From NCBI GenBank assembly GCA_963695095.1, contig CAVOFT010000001.1:64001-128000 (forward strand): a DNA stretch of 64,000 nt. The letters run 5' to 3'. Of this stretch, positions 8,620 through 18,043 are shown one piece after another. The position numbers and the translations under genes are program-made. The notes under the pieces were generated by a model. It was not told the DNA's origin and did no database searches. It saw nothing but the letters and a program-made list of their open reading frames with translations. This stretch comes from an uncultured bacterium (GTDB lineage Bacteria > Krumholzibacteriota > Krumholzibacteriia > JACNKJ01). How positions within the stretch are numbered: position 1 is the first letter of the stretch; the number at the start of each line of letters is the position of its first letter.

Positions 8620-11085
8620 TCAGCGCGCCAGCACCAGCTTGCGGACCTGGCGCTCGCTGCCGGCGCGCAGCTCGCAGAAGTAGACGCCGCTGGGCAACTC
8701 GCGGCCGTCCGCCGCGCGGCCGTCCCAACTCAGTGCGTGCTCGCCCGCAGCGCGCTCGCCGTCAACGAGTACCCGCAGCAGGCGGCCGGCGGTGTCATGC
8801 ACGGCCAGGCGCACGTGCGCCACCGCCGGCAGGCGGTATTCGAGGCGCGTCGTCGGGTTGAAGGGATTCGGGTAGTTCGGCGCGAGGGTGAGAGCGCTTG
8901 CCGGCAGCTCGGGCACCCCGACGAAGACGCCGAACTCGGCGATCATCCAGTCGCTGAAGGCGGTCTGCTCGCCCACCGTGAGCCAGTTCGCCGCCTGGTC
9001 CACGGCGATCGGGTGCTTGGGCCCTTCCCAGGCCGCACCTCCCCAGCGCCAAAGCCCCAGGCTGTCCTCGTCGGCGCCGTTCAGCTCGTCGTCGAGGTAA
9101 CTCAGCGTGAGGTCGAAGAGCGCGCCCTCGCCCGTAGCGTCGATCGTGTAGTAGCGCTGCAGGCCGCCCGGCGCCAAGGGGTGTTGCTCGCCGGGATGCA
9201 CGAGCATGTCGATCGCGCTGAGCGTGCCCACTTCCGCCAGGTTGACCTTCGCCTTCACGCGGCCGCCGAAGAGGTATTCGCCGGCGCCGCCGATGGCACG
9301 CTGATGCCGGGTGCCCGTGTACTCGAAGGCGCCGATGTCCACGCACCAGCCGCCATTGGCGGGCACCGCGGTGGCCGGGCTGCCGGTCTCGATGCAGGGC
9401 GAGTCGTAGAGCAGGGTAAAATCGCGGGCCGCGGCGTCCGTGAAGCGCGGATCCCCGAGCTGCTCGTACTGCGAGGTGATGAGCGCGTTCGTGTTGCCGA
9501 TCGCGTTCCCGTGGAAAGCGTTGTAGCCGATGGCGAAGGCGATCGCCGCGTGAGCGCCGATGCCGTCACTGCCCGCGACGTCGTGGTCGCAGACGATGTT
9601 GTTCTCCACGTAGGAGGCCGCGCTCGTGCCCAGATAGATTCCGCTGCCGGCGCCTCCCTCGATGGGATCGAGGGTATTCGCGTTGCCGACGACGGTGTTG
9701 TTGCGCAGCGACGTGCGGTAGCCGCCGCCGGTGTAGATGCCCCCACCGTAGCCGACGTCCTCGGTGCTGGCGACGTTCCCCCAGACCACGTTGCGCTCGA
9801 TCGTATTGGTCGACTCGTAGGTAATGCCGCCACCGTACCCGATGCCGTGTACGCAGGCGGTGTTGCCGATGATGGCATTCTCCCGGAAGTCCGTGTTGCT
9901 GTCCGCGAGAAAGGCGCCGCCACCCGAGCCAGTGTGGCCGGCGCTGGTCGACGTCGAGGCCCGATTGTCTTCGATCCAGTTGCCGCGGATGACGGCACCG
10001 CTGCCCGTGCAGATACCGCCGCCGCTGCCGTTGCCGCGCACCGAGGACACGTTCCCCGTGATGCTGCAATCGAGGATCTGCACGCCGGTACCGTTGACCA
10101 GATTGATGCCCCCGCCGCTGCCCTGGCCGCCGCTGGCCTCCGCGGCGACGTTGTCCGTGATCGTGCAGTTCTGCACAACGGCGGTACTGGCATAGCAGTA
10201 GAGGCCGCCCCCGTTGCCGCCCACGCCCGAACTCAGGGTCGAGGCGGTGTTGCCCGCAATCTCGCACTCGCGGAGTTCGCCGCTGCCGCCGTAGTAGGCG
10301 ACGCCCCCGCCGCCGCCGACACGGGCCGTGGAGCCGCGGTTGCCGACGATCGCGCAGTCGTGGATCTCGGCATAGCCGCTGCTAGCAACGTACACGCCGC
10401 CACCGTAGGCGTACCAGGCGCTGGAGCCGGTATTGTTGTCGATCCGGCAGTGGCGGATCTCGGCCGCCGTGCCCGCGCCACGCACGCTGATGCCGCCGCC
10501 GTTGCCGTTGAAGGTGTGGCCGGCCAGGTTGCCAGTGATCCGGCAGCGCTCCACGATGGGATCGGCGCCGCCGTTCACGTCCAGCCCGCCACCGTAGCCG
10601 TAGTTGGGATCGCCCTCGCTGGTGCCGTCGCCGCCGGTGAGTGTCAGGCCGCGCACGATCGTCACCGAGCTCACCGCGGCGCCGCTGATCGTCATCACGC
10701 GGCAGGTGGCGTCGGCCTGCACGATGCACTGGCTCGAGTCCGGCAGCGCCGCGTCCCAGCTCGCATGCGTGCCGTCGTCCGAGCCGAGGCAGCGATCGCT
10801 GCTCAGGACGACGGCCTCGCCGACCGGGTAGAGGCCGTACTTGACCAGGATGGTGTCGCCGGCCGCCGAGGCGGCGATGGCCGCCGCGAGCGTTTGCTTG
10901 GCCGTGGCCCAGGCGAGGCCGTCGCCGCTGTTGTCCGGCTGCGCAGCGTCGGCGAACCAGGTGGCCGCGCGGGCTTCAGCCCCGCCCCCGGGGGCCGGCC
11001 CGAGCGCCAGTACAGTGGCCAGGAGTGCCGCGGCATGGACCTGCCAGGCTGTGATCCCGAGCGGAGAACGACGATGGAAGCCCAT
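8620..11085 (-). CDS. Secreted right-handed parallel beta-helix repeat protein with FlgD-Ig-type C-terminal domain
   Basis: Signal peptide, repeated GGG(I/L)..C.I.GN units, DFTLLYDSPCI..DIGAFE motif, tail NYPNPFNP..WDGR..SGVYF..RKLVLAR. Confidence 0.85.
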   Translation of the reverse strand: MGFHRRSPLGITAWQVHAAALLATVLALGPAPGGGAEARAATWFADAAQPDNSGDGLAWATAKQTLAAAIAASAAGDTILVKYGLYPVGEAVVLSSDRCLGSDDGTHASWDAALPDSSQCIVQADATCRVMTISGAAVSSVTIVRGLTLTGGDGTSEGDPNYGYGGGLDVNGGADPIVERCRITGNLAGHTFNGNGGGISVRGAGTAAEIRHCRIDNNTGSSAWYAYGGGVYVASSGYAEIHDCAIVGNRGSTARVGGGGGVAYYGGSGELRECEIAGNTASTLSSGVGGNGGGLYCYASTAVVQNCTITDNVAAEASGGQGSGGGINLVNGTGVQILDCSITGNVSSVRGNGSGGGICTGSGAVIRGNWIEDNRASTSTSAGHTGSGGGAFLADSNTDFRENAIIGNTACVHGIGYGGGITYESTNTIERNVVWGNVASTEDVGYGGGIYTGGGYRTSLRNNTVVGNANTLDPIEGGAGSGIYLGTSAASYVENNIVCDHDVAGSDGIGAHAAIAFAIGYNAFHGNAIGNTNALITSQYEQLGDPRFTDAAARDFTLLYDSPCIETGSPATAVPANGGWCVDIGAFEYTGTRHQRAIGGAGEYLFGGRVKAKVNLAEVGTLSAIDMLVHPGEQHPLAPGGLQRYYTIDATGEGALFDLTLSYLDDELNGADEDSLGLWRWGGAAWEGPKHPIAVDQAANWLTVGEQTAFSDWMIAEFGVFVGVPELPASALTLAPNYPNPFNPTTRLEYRLPAVAHVRLAVHDTAGRLLRVLVDGERAAGEHALSWDGRAADGRELPSGVYFCELRAGSERQVRKLVLAR

Positions 11086-11249
11086 GATCCCGTCCCTTCC
11101 CAAGCCGGTTGCGAGGGCCGGCCGGCAACGCAGCTCAGCGCCGGCAGTGCCCGCGGACAAGGAGCCAGGGAGTAGGAACCTCGGGTGGCGGCGCCGTCAC
11201 AGCCAGTGGCGGCGAAATCGCGCCCTGGAGGGTGCGGGCGCCAGCCGAT

Positions 11250-11720
11250 CAGGGCCGTTCGGGCGGCTGTTCGTCCAGGCGGAGGATGTGCGCCCGCGCC
11301 TACCTGTTGATCAGCCAATCGTAGCGCTTGGCGAAGCGCGTGAGTCCGTTCACGAAGGGTCGGGCCAGTCCGCGGGGCTGCAAGACCAGCACTGCCGCAT
11401 GGAACGTGCCCGCGCGGAGCGCTTGATCGGAGACCCGGCTTCATCGCGGGAGGCGATGCGCACGTTCATCAGGGTATGGGCCGCGCCACGAACGATGTGC
11501 TTCTCCATGGCGCGGGCGCGGGCGAAGTCGCGGCTGGTGGCGTGGGTCCGGTGCATCTCGAGCGGATTGCCGTGGCTGGCTTCCTGGAAGATCTCGTGGA
11601 GTGGGCAAACCACGATGACGTGCGCAAGGCGCTCCCGGGTGCGCCGAATGACCGCGTGGACTTCCCTCGGCTTCAAGTGCTCGCGGGGCCGCAGCTCGGC
11701 GAGTTGCTACCCGAGGATCT
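11250..11720 (-). pseudogene. Degenerate gene fragment, possibly a class I SAM methyltransferase
   Basis: REHLKPREVHAVI..HVIVVCP..QEASHGNPLEMHRTHATSRDF resembles the C-terminal half of small methyltransferases. No start, internal stops and a frame change. Confidence 0.3.
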
Positions 11721-11784
11721 AGTCGCGGCAGGCAGCGCTGGTGCCATGTGGCTGCGCCGCGCGCCGGCGCCGGCGGCGCCAGTT

Positions 11785-12648
11785 CTAGAGCATGAAGCCC
11801 AATGAAAACTGCGTCAACACGTAGAAGCCGTCCACGCCCGGGCGAATGCCGGCTTCGACCCGCCCCCCCAGGTGGCGCCGGGCCCCTTCCACCCCGATGC
11901 GGCCGCCGTACTTGCTCTCGGTGAACCCGGAGAGCTCAGGATCCTTGTACTCCAGGCTGCCCGCGACCAGCACGTCGGCGTAAACCGTGCGCCAGAGCCC
12001 CTCGTTGTAGTAGACCCGGGTCTTCGCCAAACCGAGGTAGAAGCCGCTCATCGTGTGATTGGTGAAGGTGAGGTCGCGCAGGTTCGGGTCGACGGCGGTG
12101 CCGTCCGCATCGAGGATCGTGTCGTCGTCCTTGCCCAGGTCCGCCGGCATCCCCGATTCCAGACCCAGCACACCGGCGCGAATGCCGTAGAGCTGGTGCT
12201 CTGAGGCCAGCCAGGAGTACTTCGTCGAGTGCGTGGTGATCGTCTCCTGTCCGGTATAGCGGTCCCGGCCGCTGGTCGTCGAGTCGTACCGCTGAGTGGT
12301 GTTCCCGAACTTCCCGGTCCTGACGATCAGGTTGATCTGCGCGCCAGCCTCCCAGGAGGTGAAGGGTTTGAGTTCAGGTGTGGCCGGCATCAGGTAGTAG
12401 TCTTCGTATTCGGTGGCGTTGCCGTTCGTGAAGTACGAGCTGCTGTAGCGGCCTTGCAGGAGCAGTCGCTTGTTCGGAAAGAAGGAAGCCTCCGCCCCGG
12501 CGCCCCAGTTGAGTTGATTGAACTTGTTCATCTCGATGTAGGCGATCTGCGCGCGCACATTGAGACCTACCCAGCTCTCGCGCGCCGAGGCCTGGGCTGC
12601 CAGGCCGAGCGTGAGCGTCAAGACCGCCGCAGTGAACAGACGTGCCAC
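11785..12648 (-). CDS. Hypothetical outer-membrane/secreted protein
   Basis: GTG start after GGAGG, signal peptide, beta-strand-rich sequence, aromatic tail FSLGFML. Confidence 0.75.
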   Translation of the reverse strand: MARLFTAAVLTLTLGLAAQASARESWVGLNVRAQIAYIEMNKFNQLNWGAGAEASFFPNKRLLLQGRYSSSYFTNGNATEYEDYYLMPATPELKPFTSWEAGAQINLIVRTGKFGNTTQRYDSTTSGRDRYTGQETITTHSTKYSWLASEHQLYGIRAGVLGLESGMPADLGKDDDTILDADGTAVDPNLRDLTFTNHTMSGFYLGLAKTRVYYNEGLWRTVYADVLVAGSLEYKDPELSGFTESKYGGRIGVEGARRHLGGRVEAGIRPGVDGFYVLTQFSLGFML

Positions 12649-12969
12649 GGAACCTCCAAGTGCGGATTCCCCGGTTCGAGCATCGGTGAGATGGAGGGCG
12701 ACGGAGCGGCGGCGAGGCCCGGTCGGGCCACCGCCATCGTTGCGCTCAGCGCGCGAAACTCAGTGGCCCCCCGGTTTGGCCCTGCGATCGAGACCCAGCG
12801 TACCGGTGCCACCAGGCAGAGTCAATCATCGCAATTATAGATCTCTGGATCGCGGAACCTAGAGGTCAAGAGGTCCAGAGTTCCTGGTGCCGGAGCCATG
12901 CCCCGCCTGCAGGGTGCGGTAGCCGCTGCGGGGTGCGGCGCAGGTCGGGGCCGTTCGGCGGGCTCTTTC

Positions 12970-13116
12970 GATGGAACGCAGGCCGCCCAGCCGTCCCAGG
13001 CGGGGTTCCGGGTCAGGCGCAGCGGGGAGCTGCTGACCCGATTCACCTGGTAGACCTCGAAACTGCCGTCGCGCAGCTCGCTGGCGACCGATCCGCAGGC
13101 GACTTGCATCGGCCAC
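12970..13116 (-). pseudogene. Remnant of a TolB-like PD40 repeat
   Basis: DGSFEVYQVNRVSSSPLRLTRNPAWDGW matches a degenerate PD40 blade; no parent ORF. Confidence 0.4.
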
Positions 13117-13141
13117 CTGCGACTGTCAACGGGCGCGCGCC

Positions 13142-14506
13142 CTAGGACTTCCGCGCGAAGAGGAAGAGGGTCTTGACCGGCTGCGACTTGCCGCCGACTT
13201 CCAGCAGCGGATAGGCCAGGAAGTTGATCGGGCCGGAGGCCGGACCCGGATCGAGGACGAGGTCGCGGCCGCGAGTGAACTCGAAGCGGTTGGCCGGGTG
13301 ATGGCCGAAGAAGTAGGCGCTCAGCCCGCTGAACTTGTCGGCCTCGCTGATGTCCACTGGCCACCACTTGCCCTCGGCGTAGAACTCGGCCCAGCAGTGG
13401 TAGCCGTCGGTGCCGCCTTCGTCGCGCTCGGACGGGATCGACGCGCCGATCGCGAAGCGGGCCGGGATGCCGATTGTCCGGGCAAGGCCGATGAAGTAGG
13501 CGTGATAGTCCGTGCAGTTGCCGTACTTGGTGCTGCAGGCGAAGACGGCGTCGCCCTTGCCCCAGCCTTCGCCGAACTTCATGTAGCGCATCTGATCCAT
13601 CACGTGGTCATAGAGGGCGCGGGCCCGCGCCAGATCGCCCTGCTGGCCGGCGACCGCCGCTTCGGCGATCGCCTTGATCCCATCGTCGGCCGGCACCATC
13701 GTCTCCGGCCGCAGTGACCTGGACGCTGTTTCCGGGTCGCCGGCGTAGGCGCCCTTCTCCTGGCGGACCACCTCGTAGACGATCTCGATCGTCTGGCCGC
13801 TGTCGGCCGGCGTCAGCTCCAGGAAGAGCACCCGGTTGCCATGGGCGCTGTCCGTGAGGGTCTTCCGCACGCCCGGCGCGCGCACCGACTTGACGGTCAC
13901 CTGCTGAAAGTCGTCCGTGGCGGCCAGTGGAATCCAGCAGCGGGCGTCCTCCGCGATCGCCGGCAGGGTCGCCTGGTAACGAAACTCGAAGGCATCCTCG
14001 CCGGTCAGCACGCCCAGCAGATCATCGGCGGCATCGTCGACGGCAGCGCGCACCCAGTAGCCTTCATCGGTCTGCTGCCAGAGGTAGTAGGGCCGGCCGT
14101 TGAGCTTGTGGACCGTCGTCTCCGTCACGGCCATCGCGCCGGGATCGCCTGTCATGAAGAAGTCGATGTCATAGAACTGGCCGTCGGCGCTCGCCATGTC
14201 CACGCAGGCGAAGTGCTGCCGCGGCGCCAGCGTGGCCAGGTACTCGACGTGGACGCGCACCAGGCGGAGCTCGAGCTCTTCCCCGGCGAAGGGAACACGG
14301 AAGAACCCCTCGCCCCGGACGACCTCCGCGGCGATGTGCTTCTCGATGCCCGCTCGGATGTCGTCGGTGACGATCGGCGGGGCCTCCGACGCCTGCTCGC
14401 CCGCGGTGGCCGACCTGGGCGTGAATGCCGACAGCCCGATCGCCAGCGAGAGGAGGAGGGCGCCGGCCGCTGCGAGCGCTCGGAAGAGGATTCGCGGATT
14501 GAGCAT
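13142..14506 (-). CDS. Secreted transglutaminase-like domain protein with uncharacterised N-terminal domain
   Basis: Signal peptide; Cys-His-Asp triad motifs GNCTDYH, YHCWAEFY, WWPVD. Confidence 0.88.
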   Translation of the reverse strand: MLNPRILFRALAAAGALLLSLAIGLSAFTPRSATAGEQASEAPPIVTDDIRAGIEKHIAAEVVRGEGFFRVPFAGEELELRLVRVHVEYLATLAPRQHFACVDMASADGQFYDIDFFMTGDPGAMAVTETTVHKLNGRPYYLWQQTDEGYWVRAAVDDAADDLLGVLTGEDAFEFRYQATLPAIAEDARCWIPLAATDDFQQVTVKSVRAPGVRKTLTDSAHGNRVLFLELTPADSGQTIEIVYEVVRQEKGAYAGDPETASRSLRPETMVPADDGIKAIAEAAVAGQQGDLARARALYDHVMDQMRYMKFGEGWGKGDAVFACSTKYGNCTDYHAYFIGLARTIGIPARFAIGASIPSERDEGGTDGYHCWAEFYAEGKWWPVDISEADKFSGLSAYFFGHHPANRFEFTRGRDLVLDPGPASGPINFLAYPLLEVGGKSQPVKTLFLFARKS

Positions 14507-14599
14507 GTTCACCCCTGCCTGGCGATGGTGTAGATGGAGTGGAAGCGGCAACCAGCCTGGTTGCCGCTTCCGGCTGGTGGCTCTGGACCCGAGGGCGAA

Positions 14600-15184
14600 C
14601 TAGTGCCCCGGATGGTCCTTGGGCTTCGCGGGCGCGGCCTCCCCTGTGGCAACAGGCGGCAGCACCACGGTATCGATGACGTGGATCACGCCGTTGGTCG
14701 CGGCGATGTCGGTCTTGAGCAGCTTGGCACCGTTGACCATGACGCTCTTGCCCTCGACCTTGATGTCGAGTTCCTGGCCATTGGCCGTCTTGACCTTCAT
14801 CGTCTTCACATCGGCCGCCATCACCTTCCCGGGCACGACGTGGTAGCTGAGGATGCCGGCGAGCATGCCCTTGTTCTCGGGCTTGAGCAGCTCGTCCAGG
14901 GTGCCGGCCGGCAGCTTCGCGAAGGCCTCATCCGTGGGCGCGAAGACGGTGAAGGGGCCCTTGCCCTGCAGCGTCTCCATCAGGCCGGCGGCCTTGATTG
15001 CGGCGACCAGGGTCTTGAAGTTTCCCGCTCCGGATGCGACGGCAACGATGTCGCCCGCCTTCGCCGGGTGCTCGGCCTTCGCCGGATGCTCGGTCGTCGT
15101 CGGATGCTCCTGTGCCAGCGCCAGGTAGGGCAGGGCGGCCAGGATCAGCAGGCCGCTGAGCGCGGCAGTCCGCATGGATTTCAC
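14600..15184 (-). CDS. Fasciclin (FAS1) domain protein
   Basis: GTG after AGGAG (alternative ATG at 15175), [37 protein letters not shown]. Confidence 0.93.
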   Translation of the reverse strand: MKSMRTAALSGLLILAALPYLALAQEHPTTTEHPAKAEHPAKAGDIVAVASGAGNFKTLVAAIKAAGLMETLQGKGPFTVFAPTDEAFAKLPAGTLDELLKPENKGMLAGILSYHVVPGKVMAADVKTMKVKTANGQELDIKVEGKSVMVNGAKLLKTDIAATNGVIHVIDTVVLPPVATGEAAPAKPKDHPGH

Positions 15185-15386
15185 GGTTTCTCCTATCGAT
15201 CGGGCTTGGGGATTCGCAGGTGGCTGGGCCAGGCCGGCCGGCACGCTCGAGTGCGGGCGTCTGCTTAGTCTTGGGAACAAGCTAGTGTTCCCGGAGGGAT
15301 GCCGCAATCGTTCGGCAGGGTTCGCTCACCCTCGAGACTGGGCCCGCACGCCCCCGGTCCGCGGACGGAGGCAGGGGATTCCTCGA

Positions 15387-16394
15387 TCAGCCGATGCCGG
15401 CTGTAAGCAGCACCGCAGCCCCGCGCAGGGCGCCCGCGGCGAGATCGGCAAGCGCCTCGTTGGCCTCCGCGAGCGGATAGCTCCTCACGTCCGGTCGCAG
15501 GGGGATGGCCGCCGCCAGCTCGAGCAGCTCGCGGGCATCCGCGGCGGTGAAGTTGGCCACCGTGCGCAGCACGCGCTCGCCGTAGAGCAGGCGATAGGGC
15601 AGCTCCGCGATCGGACTCATGTGGATGCCGGCCAGGGTCTGCACGCCACCCGGCCGCAGCAGGGCAAGCGCCGGCGCCACCGTGCCGCCCGCGGGGGTGA
15701 AGTTGACCAGCCCGTCCAGGGGCCAGGGCGGCGTCTCCTCCAGCGTCCCGGCCCACTCGGCGCCGAGTTCGAGCGCGTGGCGCCGGTGCGCCTCGCGCCG
15801 GCTGATCACCGCCACGCGCATCTCTAGGTGCCGCGCCACCTGGATCGTCAGATGCGCAGACGCTCCGAAGCCGAGCAACCCGAGCCTTCCGCCCGGCTCC
15901 ACGCCGGAGAGCCGCAGTGCGCGATAGCCGATGATGCCGGCGCAAAGCAGCGGCGCGGCGTGCAGGTCGTCCAGTGCATCCGGCAGCGCGTGGCAGGCCA
16001 CGGCCGGCACGACGAGCTGCTCGGCGAAACCGCCGTTGATATGAAAGCCCGTGAAACGCACCGCCTCGCAGAGGTTCTCCCGCCCGGCCAGACAGGCTTC
16101 GCAGCGCCCGCAGCTCGCGGCCAGCCAGCCCACGCCCACGCGTGTGCCCGGCGCGGGGCCGTCCACGCCGGCGCCCAGGGCCAGCACCCGGCCCACCACC
16201 TGGTGCCCCGGCACGATGGGCAGGCGCGGCGGCGTCAGATCCCCCTCGACGATGTGCAGGTCCGTGTGGCAGACCCCGCAGGCGCTCACCGCCAGCGACA
16301 GCTCGCCCGGCCCCGGCGCCCGCGCCTCCCGCTCTTCAAAGCGCAGCGGCGCACCGCCGATGGGCCCTTGGCGATGGAGTACGATCGCTCTCAC
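15387..16394 (-). CDS. Zinc-dependent alcohol dehydrogenase family protein
   Basis: CGVCHTDLH, PGHQVVG, structural Zn motif CGRCEAC..ENLC, APLLCAGIIG, GFGASAH. Confidence 0.93.
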   Translation of the reverse strand: MRAIVLHRQGPIGGAPLRFEEREARAPGPGELSLAVSACGVCHTDLHIVEGDLTPPRLPIVPGHQVVGRVLALGAGVDGPAPGTRVGVGWLAASCGRCEACLAGRENLCEAVRFTGFHINGGFAEQLVVPAVACHALPDALDDLHAAPLLCAGIIGYRALRLSGVEPGGRLGLLGFGASAHLTIQVARHLEMRVAVISRREAHRRHALELGAEWAGTLEETPPWPLDGLVNFTPAGGTVAPALALLRPGGVQTLAGIHMSPIAELPYRLLYGERVLRTVANFTAADARELLELAAAIPLRPDVRSYPLAEANEALADLAAGALRGAAVLLTAGIG

Positions 16395-16506
16395 GCGAAA
16401 CCTCCCTGCTTGCGAGTGCGGGTTTCGCTCGCGCGACTCTGAGCCGCAGGCGAAGCGGAGCGCGGCGAAACCTGCACGAGCAACCCGAAGCGGAGCGCGA
16501 GGAAAC

Positions 16507-17046
16507 CTACTTGAGCAGTTTGAAGGGCTCGAAGGTCATGAAGTCCGCGTGGTGGACGATCAGCCCCTCGATCGTGCGCTGGCCGGCGTCGCCCTCTTTC
16601 GCGTGCATGGCGATCATGTGGCAGACCCCCACCGGCAGGTCGAAGCGCATGGCCAGGCCGACGCCGCTGAAGGGGTGGCGCAGCAGCGAGCCGTAGTTGC
16701 TCTGCACCACCTTGCCCGCGGCATCCTTCTCGTACTCCAGCAGCTTGCCGACATCGATGAGAATGGCCCCGCTGATCAGCTCGTCCATATTGATCGGCAG
16801 CATGTCGCCGTAGAACTCGCGCATGATGCGCGCGCTCTCCCGGCAGACGTGCACCACGCTGCGCTTGTGCGCCATGAAGCTGACGGCCTTCTTCGTGAGC
16901 AGGGTGAAAGGGATCGTCTCCAGATCCTCCGCGCCGAGCGGACTCTGGGCGATGGCGTACTCCCAGACCGCGGCGGTCTGCTCGCGGAGGTCGGCGTTCT
17001 CGATCCAGTCCAGCTCGGGCCAGAGCTTCTTCACGGTCGCGTTCAT
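16507..17046 (-). CDS. HD-domain (HDIG-like) protein
   Basis: HKRSV, ILIDVGK (the His of HD is replaced by Ile), RHPFSG, HMIAMH, VHHADF. Confidence 0.8.
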   Translation of the reverse strand: MNATVKKLWPELDWIENADLREQTAAVWEYAIAQSPLGAEDLETIPFTLLTKKAVSFMAHKRSVVHVCRESARIMREFYGDMLPINMDELISGAILIDVGKLLEYEKDAAGKVVQSNYGSLLRHPFSGVGLAMRFDLPVGVCHMIAMHAKEGDAGQRTIEGLIVHHADFMTFEPFKLLK

Positions 17047-17828
17047 CGTGCCTCCGGTGATTGGTGGTTGAGACTCCCGTCGTCCGGGGCCGCTGGCGCG
17101 TCGCCGCGGGCCGCCTCGACGTCGAAACGCAGAACATGCTTGCCGATCCCGGCCGTGAGCTGCGTCAGGCGGCCCTCCGCGTCGAAGCGGAACTCGCCCT
17201 TGGCGCGCCGCTTGCGCTCGGCGGCACCCTGCGTGACGGTGTCGAGCCGATAGCGGTAGGTCCAGGACTCGCCGCCCTCCGTCGCGGGCTCGTCCTGGGC
17301 GCCGCGCTCGCTGGGCTCGCCCAGCAGCTCCGCCAGACGCGCCCTGTCCGGCAGCTGCGCGGCCAGTTGCTCGCGCGCCAGGCGCGCCCGCGCCGAACGC
17401 TCGCTGCGGTCCACGTCGGCGCTGCCGAGGGCGGCCAGCAGCTCGCGCAGGCTCTCCTCGGGATAGAGCTGCGTGAACTGGGTCGGGAATTCGATGCGCG
17501 CCAGCCGATCCTCGGCGAAGCCGAGCCGGTAGACCAGGGGCGCCGTTCCGTCGGCCGGCTCCTTGAAGAAGGCGTAGACCCGCCACTCGAGGCCATCGCC
17601 CTGCTCGTAGCGGCTGGGCGCCACTTCCATGAGGCCCTCGACATCGCCACCGTCCAGCAGGGGATGCAGGCAGACGAGCGCGTAGCTGCTGTCGCTCGCG
17701 AAGGCGAAGTGGGCGCTGAAATCATTGAGCTGGTGCTTGAATTTGAGGAGCCGCCAGTAGACGCAGCCGCTGCCGGTCACCACGCCGACCGCCAGGAGAA
17801 CCAGAAGTGTCCGGCGTAGCAGGATCAT
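17043..17828 (-). CDS. Hypothetical lipoprotein
   Basis: Hydrophobic N-terminus with GSGC lipobox-like site; ATGA coupling to the HD gene. Confidence 0.7.
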   Translation of the reverse strand: MILLRRTLLVLLAVGVVTGSGCVYWRLLKFKHQLNDFSAHFAFASDSSYALVCLHPLLDGGDVEGLMEVAPSRYEQGDGLEWRVYAFFKEPADGTAPLVYRLGFAEDRLARIEFPTQFTQLYPEESLRELLAALGSADVDRSERSARARLAREQLAAQLPDRARLAELLGEPSERGAQDEPATEGGESWTYRYRLDTVTQGAAERKRRAKGEFRFDAEGRLTQLTAGIGKHVLRFDVEAARGDAPAAPDDGSLNHQSPEAR

Positions 17829-18043
17829 GGGCTTGCTCCGGCCCCCAAGCTAGCAGAGGCCGCCAGCCCTGTCCAGGCAACCCAATTTCCGTCTGTCGAA
17901 ACGAACGGGAGCCGCCCGCTTCTTCCCGGTCCGGCCGCGTTTCTTCTCAAGCCGCCCGCCATTGCTGTCGATTATTGCATTGTTGTCGATCGATCCGCTT
18001 CAAGCTGCCCCGGGCACGGATGGATAGGGGAGGCCTGGCAGGG

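Noticed and set aside
16430..16506. REP-like element (CGAAGCGGAGCGCG twice)
   Set aside because: Only a local pair; no further copies noticed in the window and no associated transposase.
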